The notes under the pieces: generated by a model
Database searches by the model: none
What the model saw: only the letters and a program-made list of their open reading frames with translations
Told to the model about the DNA's origin: nothing
Assembly (NCBI GenBank): GCA_039096225.1
Contig: JBBPEB010000032.1
Location: 1-64,000, forward strand
Direction: 5' to 3'
From: Blastocystis sp. Blastoise
Taxonomy: Eukaryota; Protista; Bigyra: Opalinata
DNA length: 64,000 nucleotides
Program-made: the position numbers and the translations under genes
Shown: positions 16,721 to 27,400 of the stretch, in pieces
Numbering within the stretch: position 1 is the stretch's first letter
Layout: each line of letters starts with the position of its first letter

Positions 16721-18883
16721 GTAGTTTTAGGACCTATTGATTACTATGCTGTAATATTAGTCAATTATAAGAAGATCGAAGAAAATATCGATCACTCAAA
16801 AATCGTCCTCAGGAGCTCAAAATCGCTACACCTAGGTTTTTTGACCTCCTGAATCAGAATATGATGTCAAATTGAGAATCTAAATTTGACCGTTAAGGCC
16901 TCACGTGTTCAATATGAAAAAGTATTAAAAAATAGATAAATATAAAGAATAAACACGAATAACGTATATCGTGGGATTGAGAAAAAATCAAGTTTACCCC
17001 ATGTTTATTTTTCAATTGTCTGGTCAACAATTTTTATCGGGATGATCCCAAAGAGCCAATCAAAAACGACTCAAAAATCATGTTTTCTGTTCTTTTATTA
17101 ATATCTTTTTAATTATAAATAATATCGCTTAACCAAATATATGGTGCACAACTACACGTTATATCCTATTGAACTGTGTTTCAACGAAAAGTTAACTCCC
17201 CGTAAGTTTAGAGGAGTTGTGGGTACAAACTCTAGTATATAGTAGCCAATCAAATGAATCTTCCAAAAACTGACCAATGGGAATTTTTTTGCCTATTTGC
17301 TTTATAATAGTAATGATAGTCCAACATTTTGTGGTCATGATATCCATATATATGATCAATGTCATAGTAATACTGATTCTTATTGTAATGCATCTTATTA
17401 TTCTGAAGTGAATACTCCTCAAAAATCATCATTATTTGTAAATACTAATAATGTTAATTCTGAAAATCATTTAACAGTAGAAGATTATGAAGTTTGGGGA
17501 AGAGCTTAAGAACAATTATTTATACATAAAAATATCAAATTTTCATATATATTTATGTATGTAATTATTTTTTAGTATTTTATTTATGAGCTATTAAAGT
17601 TATATTATCATTATTTATCTATTTAAATTATTCTAAAAGTGTGTTTTTTTAATTCAACATTTTTATTAATAATCAAATGAGTTTCGTTTTATATTTAAAC
17701 AAATAATCTTTTTTAATTAATTAATTCATTTACAAGAATAGCAAATTATATTCTATAAATATAATTTCATAACAATATATTAAAAAAATGATTTATTGAG
17801 GATTAACAAAATATCTAGATATTTGTTATTTATATATAATTGATAGTGATGGATTATATTTCTTTTTATAATTTTCTAAAATAGATGAATAATCAAACTC
17901 ATATCTATATTTATATAGTTATTAAACGAAACTATGCAACACAAATAATTCAAAAGTATCTAATTGAATTAATAAAATGTTAAAAGAACATTTTCTTTTA
18001 ATTTTTGCTTATTAATATTAATAATTTTTGATAGTATTATTTATTCTATTCTTCTAGTTGGCTCACATCAAACAAAAAGATATTTTGATTGGATCATTAT
18101 TAAAATATTAATATTCCCGTGAATTTATCAAATATTTGTTAGCTTATCCGCATGTATATGACCTAGTTGAAAAAACTAGTTTTTATCGCATGAAAAAACT
18201 AGGTTTTGTAGAAATGTATTGAAGAATTATGACATATTTTTTAATTTATTTCAAATATGAATTTAGTTGTATCTATTGTTATATGTACATCTGGTAATCA
18301 ACATCAGTATTATGATTATATAAAACAATTCTTTGGCAATGTATTAAATGTATTAGATCACTGGTAGGCATTTTCACGGATATCAAAAAAACGACAAATT
18401 CGAAAAAGTAAACAAAAAATTTTAAGACTATTTTCAGCCAGGCGAAAAGAGTAGCCAAAAACTAGGTTATTTCTGTCGGATATTGTCTTTCTTTTCATTC
18501 GTTCAGAATTCTTTTAGAAACGTCATTTTTTTTTATTTATTTAATCGTTGTGTGAATGATAATAAAAACATATAAAACAAAAGACAATAAATAATAAGAT
18601 AATAATTAACACTATAATAAAAGTAATAAAATAATAATTATTTTGATTTGCTTTGAGTTAATTGTGAACCAATTTGAGGACTATACATATAAAAATAATA
18701 GAACTAATAATAATATAGATAATACAGAATATATACCTTCATACCCACTTGTAGAATACCCCTTGAAGAAAAGCCAATACTATAAAAATATATTGAATAA
18801 AAAATAATATAATATAACAATATACCTTCAACCACCAAACAGACTAGACCAAGAGAGACTTCATGAAGGACCTAGAACCTATA

Positions 18884-21800
18884 TCATTACTATTATAAAG
18901 CAAATAGGCAAAAAAATTCCCATTGGTCAGTTTTTGGAAGATTCATTTGATTGGCTACTATATACTAGAGTTTGTACCCACAACTCCTCTAAACTTACGG
19001 GGAGTTAACTTTTCGTTGAAACACAGTTCAATAGGATATAACGTGTAGTTGTGCACCATATATTTGGTTAAGCGATATTATTTATAATTAAAAAGATATT
19101 AATAAAAGAACAGAAAACATGATTTTTGAGTCGTTTTTGATTGGCTCTTTGGGATCATCCCGATAAAAATTGTTGACCAGACAATTGAAAAATAAACATG
19201 GGGTAAACTTGATTTTTTCTCAATCCCACGATATACGTTATTCGTGTTTATTCTTTATATTTATCTATTTTTTAATACTTTTTCATATTGAACACGTGAG
19301 GCCTTAACGGTCAAATTTAGATTCTCAATTTGACATCATATTCTGATTCAGGAGGTCAAAAAACCTAGGTGTAGCGATTTTGAGCTCCTGAGGACGATTT
19401 TTGAGTGATCGATATTTTCTTCGATCTTCTTATAATTGACTAATATTACAGCATAGTAATCAATAGGTCCTAAAACTACTATAGTCAAAGCAAAGTCTTA
19501 AAATAATGAGTTTGAGTGTCACAATTTTGAAAAATGTGAATTAAGTGGTCTTAGAGTGAGAGATTCAATATAATGACTTTTATTTAGTAAACTAGAGATA
19601 ATACTCTATACGATGTCAAAAGGAGAGTCAAAATTATGAAGGTCAAAGTGTATGACCAAATGACAAAATGTGTCTTAAAAAGTAAAAGGGTGTCTATATG
19701 TGTTTAGAATCATGTATTAAGTCTATTTTATGAATAATAGCTTTAAATAAATAGTTTAAGGTTGTCAAATTTAAATAAATGTATAAAACATAGTCTTAGA
19801 CTTTGAATAAAAAATTTAGAGATATTAATTAGTGTACAGCTGTAGTAGCTCTACAACATATCAAAAGTACAAAGAAAATAATTTTTAGAGAGTGGATGTG
19901 TGAAGGGTTGTGACTATTATTTAAAATTTATTTTTACTTTAGTTTGTTTAAAATCGTGAATTTCGTGCACTGTAGAAAAATTGAGTCAAAAGGTCAACTC
20001 TAAGGGTCTTAAATTTAAAAAAATGTAAAAATGAGTGACTTAGAGGACGAGATTCAATATTTGAGTGTTTATTCATTAAACTAGAGTGTATGATCTATAT
20101 TATGTTAAAAGAAGGGACGAAAATATGTTGATCAAAGTGTATGACCAAATGGTAAAGTCTTCTTAATAAGTCTAAAGTGTTGACTAATGTGCTTATAGAG
20201 TCATATATAGTCTACTATGTAAATATTAGCTTTTAAAAATATGTTTAAGCCTTTCAATTAGTAATAATATGTTCAAAGAGAGTCATAAAATGAGAGTTTT
20301 AAGAAACGAGATATTGTTCAGTATACACTAAGAGACACTCTACAACATATCAAAAATATAGCAAAATCTATTTTTAGAGAGTGGATGTGTAAAGGGTTGT
20401 GAGAGTTATTGAAAAAATATTTTTCACTCAGTTTGAGCAAAATCGTGTTTTTGGAACACTGTAGAAAAGTTGAGTCAAAATATCAAGTTTAGGGGTATAA
20501 ATTTTGAAAAATGTAAAAATGATTGACTTAGAGGACGAGATTCAAAATTCCCCCTCACTTTCATATAACTAGACCACACAGTCTATATTATGTCAAAAGG
20601 AGGGACGAAAATATTTTGGTCAAAGTAAATGAGCAAATGCAAAAGGTTTATAAAATGTTTTAAAGTGATGACCAATGTGTAGCTAACACTATACTGAGTA
20701 TAGTATGTAAATATTAGCTTATAAAAATGAGTTTAAGTGTGTCAACTTTTCATAATGTGTCAAAAAGGGTCTTTAAGAAAGAGATTCAAAACATTTACTT
20801 TTATTTAATAAATAGTATGATAAACTCTATACTATATCAAAAGACTGAAGGAAACTGTTTTGATACAGTGGATCTTGAATGGGTAAAGTCTCTTTAAAAG
20901 TCACTTTTTCGAGTCATTTATGATTAAAATACGTATTTGAGACAACTGAAGAAATATTAACTTTTTAAACCATGTTTTATTAGTCAAAGTTAGAATGAAT
21001 GCTGACTTTGTTATGATTAAAGCTTTCTAATTCTTTTAAAAAGTATGAAAATGAGTTTAAATCATTATATTACGTTTATTTATATAAATTTTATGAATTA
21101 AAAATACTTCAGAGTTCTTCACATTGTGACTCATTTCTAAAGTTATTGACTTTAAAAACTCACAAAATGTTTAAAACAGTTGTTTAGTTATTAATAAATA
21201 CAAAATATATTTTAAAAATAATAAATAATATGTATAATGATTCAAAATAGTTTTTTAATTTTCTTTCAAGTATTGTTTTTAGTTTTTTTGATATCATTTA
21301 AAGAATTTATTTAATTCTTATATCAGGAATTGAACCTGATTACAATCAATAAATGATTGTAACTCTCCATATAGAGTATAAGAAGTGTTATTAAAGTAAT
21401 ATATAATATATAATATATAATATATAATATATAATATATAATATATAATATATAATATATAATATATAATATATAATATATAATATATAATATATAATAT
21501 ATAATATATAATATATAATATATAATATATAATATATAATATATAATATATAATATATAATATATAATATATAATATATAATATATAATATATAATATAT
21601 AATATATAATATATAATATATAATATATAATATATAATATATAATATATAATATATAATATATAATATATAATATATAATATATAATATATAATATATAA
21701 TATATAATATATAATATATAATATATAATATATAATATATAATATATAATATATAATATATAATATATAATATATAATATATAATATATAATATATAATA

Positions 21801-22082
21801 TATAATATATAATATATAATATATAATATATAATATATAATATATAATATATAATATATAATATATAATAGATAATAATATATAATATATAATATATAAT
21901 ATATAATAGATAATAAATAATAAATAATAATATATAATAGATAATAAATAATAAATAATAAATAATAATATATAATAGATAATATATAATAATGAAAAAA
22001 AGAAAATAAAAACCAAACTGTTATTATTTTATGCAGCCGCGGTCCGGTGCCGTTAGGCCCCGGACCTGCGGCATGACCCTAG
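18884..22082 (+). mobile_element. Non-autonomous Helitron, copy 2 (3,199 bp), nested in the CACTA-like element
   Basis: A|TCATTACTATTATAAAG... at 18884. Hairpin gccgcggtccggtgcc-gtta-ggccccggacctgcggc (22036-22072), then CTAG|T at 22079-22083. Reverse complement of copy 1, longer by exactly one 7-bp satellite unit. Confidence 0.92.
21398..21868. repeat. 7-bp (TAATATA)n minisatellite inside Helitron copy 2
   Basis: Reverse complement of 14339-14802. Confidence 0.95.
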
Positions 22083-23229
22083 TAAAAATAAAAGTAGTTA
22101 ATTTAAAAAAAATAAAATATAATAAAATACCTTTAAAACCAGATAGTCAAGGATCAAGGAGACCAGAGACAACAGTTGAACCTATAGAAGACAATAAATA
22201 AAAATAACCTAGAGAATGTAAAAATAAATACCTTCAACAACACAGGATTCCTTCTAGTCCAGACTCCACAACTCATAGCCTAACTAAATAGAATAAAAGA
22301 AATGAAAAAGAAACATACCTTTAAAGAAGAAGACCAATTGCGACCTATTTGAAATCATTTGGATAGACCAGTAAGCCTATATAGCATAAAATAAATAAAA
22401 AATATTATATACATTTTATAATATATAAAATATATCTGAAAAATAAATAAAAATAAAAATAAATATGTGAAAATATTAAATCTTAAAAACAATGAGAAAT
22501 TCCCCCTTATAAAATCTTTATTTCTATAATAAAAGTCTGTATAAATTCGTTGTTTCCAGGGGTTAAAACATTTTAAAAATTTCCTTTTTTCTCTTTTATA
22601 AAGTCTATTTGAATGTAAAAATGATTTTTAAATGTATTATGTGTTTATGAACCTAAATTATTTTATTTCAACATGTTTAAGACTTATTAAAACAAAAATG
22701 TTGTTATTTTAGCACATTATAATTCTAATTCAAAATATTTATCAGTAATATTATATCATAATATTTTATTTATAAAGTAGAGAGTATGAAGAATAAAAAA
22801 ATATATTTAATATAATTATTTATTAATATAAGAATTATAATTTATTAACTTTTATTTTAAATATGTTTTATTAAAACGAATTATCGAATATTATAAGTGA
22901 CTGAATAAAATTATTTTTTTGAAAGGTCATTAAGTTGCTTTAGACATAATAAAGAATGTAATTCATTAAAATATAAAGTAGATTCATATTTTATCTCTTT
23001 CTTTCTATTATTCTAAAAGAATTCTATAAATATTATTATTGTTAAATACCACAAAACAAAAGGAATAATATATAAATAATTAAAAAATAAAAGATAGATA
23101 AAATAGATAATATATAGTATATATAGTAATATATCATTATTATATGAATATATATAAAACTTCTTTCTATCCTATATATACATGATTTTTAAACTATATA
23201 TAATTTAAATATATATATATATATTGATA

Positions 23230-23807
23230 TAGTATTATAAATGTATATATACATTGGAGAGTTATCATTTTTTAAAAATACAAAATAAATTATCCAAAAG
23301 TCTATATAATAATAATAATAAAATAATAATAGTATATATACATATATATATATATACAATACATCATAACCATGTTCTCATAATCATGGTTATCAATAAG
23401 GGAAATAAAACACGGGTATTAAAGGAGGTATATAGTTGTATATATATTTGATATTTTGAATTTATAATAGATAATGGTTTTTTTCTGTAGTATGTATGGA
23501 ATTGTGATACATATATATAATATACTATATCAAAAGTATAATAAAGTATAATAAAGTATATATATATATACAATTGAGAAATTCTCACGAAAAGTATTTC
23601 CCGTGATTATTGATTCATAATGACAACGCGCCACTGTAAGGAGGGAAGATAAACTATGGGATAACAGGAGAACAGTATATAACCACGGGAATAATTAGGT
23701 ATATCTAAAAATATAGATATTGAATATTATATATATACCCAGTATATTTAATAAGATAATCATGTGACGTTAGAAGTTGATAGAGAGATTCATATATCTA
23801 TAGATTC

Positions 23808-23876
<69 letters not shown>

Positions 23877-24793
23877 AAATTATCTAGTATATTCACATCA
23901 TATTTTTCTTCTTTATTCGTGGTTTTCAGTCGATTACGAAGAAGAGAATATACATATTGAACATCAATAGCTATATATATACAGAACCATATAATAATAA
24001 GAGAAACATAACAATATATAAAAAATATATATAATAAAACCATAATAAATATAATAAATATAAAACATACAATGATCTTTTTCTTCTTCTTCTTCTCGCT
24101 TTCCTATATACCTAAACATATCTATCATTTCTTTTTCTTTCTTCTTTCCTGTTTCTTCTTCACCTTCAATTTCAACCGTATTCAGTATATGACTTAATCC
24201 ATAAATCAGTTCTCGAATATATTTCTTTTACTCCTTCTCCTCTTTCTTTCTTTTCATAAGTATTCATTAATCCTATTTCTTTTTCTTCAGGTACTTCCAT
24301 ATCATCATCATCCATTAAATCAGTTCCTGTATCTTTATATGCACCTGTAAAATAATTAGTAGGAGGAGGAGGAGGGAAAGGAGGACTATATACTTCTTCT
24401 AGACTATTATGACTCATATTAAAGGAAATAGAATAAATATCAATCTTTTTAATGTATGTAACTGAAGAGGTATATAAGAAGAAGGACAATGAGTTATTTT
24501 GAATAATTTCTTCTATTCTTGTTAATAAGGTATATATCATATCTTGAGGAATATAACTCAATTCATATATATATAGACTTACTAATATTGTTTCTCTTCT
24601 TTGTATTATATATAATAATATGATATAATATTATAAGTAAGAAACGAGATAGTAAGGTATATAACTGAAATAGATTTCAGAGAAGGTTCAAAAGTATAAT
24701 AAATTGAAGAATAATTTAAAACACTTTTATAAATATATTGCATTCCTAAACCATGTTGTTAAGAAGTCTATAACAATATATAATAATAATAAA

Positions 24794-24846
<53 letters not shown>

Positions 24847-25104
24847 AAGCTATATGATTTATAAAGTGGAATCAATGAGAATATCACGTGCTTTTCTTCA
24901 TTTGATTCGGGAGTACAAATGCATCCTTAACGGAAAATAACTCACCAACTGTTTTCTATAATAATAATAAGAATGCTATTATAATACATAATATATACAA
25001 TAGAATTTCGAATAGAATCAGGAATAGGTTGTGATTCAGGGATGTCATTTATATATAATACTAGCAATTTACTTAATACTTTAATACTCTATATATAATA
25101 TATA

Positions 25105-25137
<33 letters not shown>

Positions 25138-26792
25138 CTTGTTCTGTACATATATCAACACTTGTATTTAATAATAAACTTTGTAAATATTCACGTTCTA
25201 TATATAATAATAAGTATAATAATAATACTATATATATATACGTTGATTAGGGAAGAGAGGGAGTAGTTGACATATAATGGTAGTTGCTTGAATGGATTCA
25301 TATATACGATTATTATGAACAGCTTCATAAAATATATCAATATCCTTATTTGTTAAAGGGATAACAGTGCATATATATTGAAGAAGAGAGAGAGACAATC
25401 GTAACGTTTCTGTATTTAAACACTGTCGGAATAACACATCTAATATATCCTATATATAATAAGTATATATATATAATTATAAGTAATATGTATATATAGT
25501 TATATATACTCTGTCTCGTATGTATTGAACAAGTGATTTATAAATAGCAGATTTTTTTATCGTTTGAAGATCATTAAATAATGTAGTTAAATTAGTTATT
25601 CCCTATATATATATATATATATATAATTATTATATACATCAATTTTATTTTTAATACTTGATCTCATCAATATATATATATATATTAATATATAATTTTT
25701 GATAATCATAAGGTTCTTGATAACTATATATATATATATATATATATTAATAATATAATAAATCATAATTACATTTTTCGTTTTTCAGCAATTTTCAGTG
25801 TATTTGTATATTCATCAACATCAATTTGGCGGGGAAAATCACTTGGTAAAAATTTTAATAAACTATATATATATATATAATAAATATACCCAAATATATA
25901 TATACATTTCATTACAAATAGTAACAAGTGAAGGAAGAGAAGTAAGTATATATATATATATATGCTTAATTTATACATAGAGAATAAGTATTCAAACTAT
26001 ATATATAATAATAATAATAATAACATATATATAAATATATATATATATACATCTTTTCCAAAGTCGATATCTGCCCATAATGATTGTAATACATTCATAT
26101 ATTCATATAAAGAGGTTTCAATAGCTTTATATAAAGAACTATAGGGTTTACAATAATATCGTTTATCTGTATATTCCTCGACAAATGATTTGAGTTCCGT
26201 ACTGAGAATGGGGTCCGTTGGAGGGGGATTGAGGGGAGTCACGAGACGATCACGTGCTGGAATTTCTTTTAGAATCGTATATGAACCTTGAGGTAAATCA
26301 AAACTATATATAGGGTTGAATATAAATATAATAGAATATATTATATGTATACATAAATGCTCTATTATCACTATTTCGTATAAGTGAATATGTATATTTA
26401 TCAGAAATGGGGGAGTAAGAAAGATCTATTATGGTATAAATCCTATATATATATATATATGTAATATATATATATAATATATATACTGTTTGTCCTGATG
26501 ATAATAAATAAGTAAATTCTTATCATGAGATGTATTGGTTAGTACAAGTGACGCATCTAGATGACGCTCCAGGTAAGGAAATGGCTCTACTCTATAATAA
26601 TAATATATAATAATAATATATAATAATATATAATAATAATAATGATAATAATATATATATACATATCAACTTGAATATCTTCTAATCCATAAATATCTAC
26701 TTGTGTATATCCATCTAAATAAACTCTGTATATATTCTTATATATACCTCTCTCTTCAAAGAAATCAAGCACTATTCCCGTGATTCTAAAGA

Positions 26793-26886
<94 letters not shown>

Positions 26887-26950
26887 GTATAATTATCATT
26901 AACATGAATAGACAGATAGAGACCAGTATCCTTTGTAAAATCAGTCTATA
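23230..26950 (-). pseudogene. Intron-rich, largely alpha-helical gene fragment of unknown family carried inside the CACTA-like element, with several disablements
   Basis: Exons bounded by GT-AG introns, e.g. ITGIVLDFFEERGIYKNIYRVYLDGY, FDLPQGSYTILKEIPARDRL, LFRQCLNTETLRLSLSLLQYIC, SPPFPPPPPTNYF. Frameshift near 24228. All three frames contain stops in the exon at about 24850-24955. No DDE/transposase motif recognised. Confidence 0.55.
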
Positions 26951-26989
26951 TAATAATAATAATTATAATAAATATATTTTGAATTACCT

Positions 26990-27400
26990 TTTTAATTTTT
27001 AAAGAACACACCAGCAACCTAATTCACCAATGGCAACTAAAAAGCACCTTCCTATATAATATAATATATAATAAACATATACTAAAAATAGAGTAAATTA
27101 AAAAAAGAATAAAAGAATATTGTAACATAGGAAAAGAGAAAAAAGAAAAATATCTAAATGCAAAGAAAAAAAATATATATAATTATATACCTTCTAGACT
27201 TTGTTAATTGATTATTTGAAGTACCGACAAAACCTAATAAACAACCTAAAAAAATTAAAAATAAACAAATGTAATAAAATACCTTATAAGAAAAAACCCA
27301 ACAAGTACACATGATGAACCACTTTGAAACCGACCTGGGAGAATATCTGTCAGGAAAAGGATTTACACAATGGAAAATTATAAAGTACATACCTGCTTTA
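26990..27400 (-). other. Short exon-like islands at the 5' side of the cargo, probably element-derived leader exons
   Basis: Islands ending AAG|GTA at about 27283, 27191 and 26988 on the - strand. Their composition resembles the 18640-22380 islands. Confidence 0.35.

Larger units (their letters stand above)
14125..17316 (-). mobile_element. Non-autonomous Helitron, copy 1 (3,192 bp)
   Basis: On the - strand it begins TCATTACTATTATAAAG and ends with a GC-rich hairpin (14135-14171) followed by CTAG. Inserted between A and T with no TSD. Excision restores the TAT codon of the TLDc exon. No Rep/helicase ORF. Confidence 0.92.
12754..17509 (+). pseudogene. BTB/POZ-like + TLDc domain gene disrupted by Helitron copy 1
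   Basis: ORF MVKEKVLFDID... with a KCTD-type BTB signature (DGSIYLDYPGNDAFIYYLLDYL) and a TLDc domain. The last exon WKPNSKEFLFTLSNEHGIPPTKY...CSSS-TA| stops at 14124 and resumes |T-AGT-CCA-ACA at 17317, running to VEDYEVWGRA* (17509). Confidence 0.9.
18640..22380 (-). other. Series of ~45-60-nt exon-like islands (spliced ncRNA or micro-ORF); Helitron copy 2 lies in one putative intron
   Basis: GC-richer islands at about 22319-22376, 22232-22283, 22131-22181, 18826-18878, 18737-18779 and 18640-18680. Each is preceded by YAG, and all but the last end in AAG|GTAT on the - strand. Confidence 0.45.

Noticed and set aside
14125-22082. One giant foldback/TIR element with 3.2-kb arms
   Set aside because: Each arm has its own Helitron termini and its own A|T empty site, and the spacer is ordinary host sequence continuous with the outer flanks.
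26798-26885. Long (TA)n runs (also 48073-48151 and many shorter ones)
   Set aside because: Ordinary intronic microsatellites that are pervasive in this genome.
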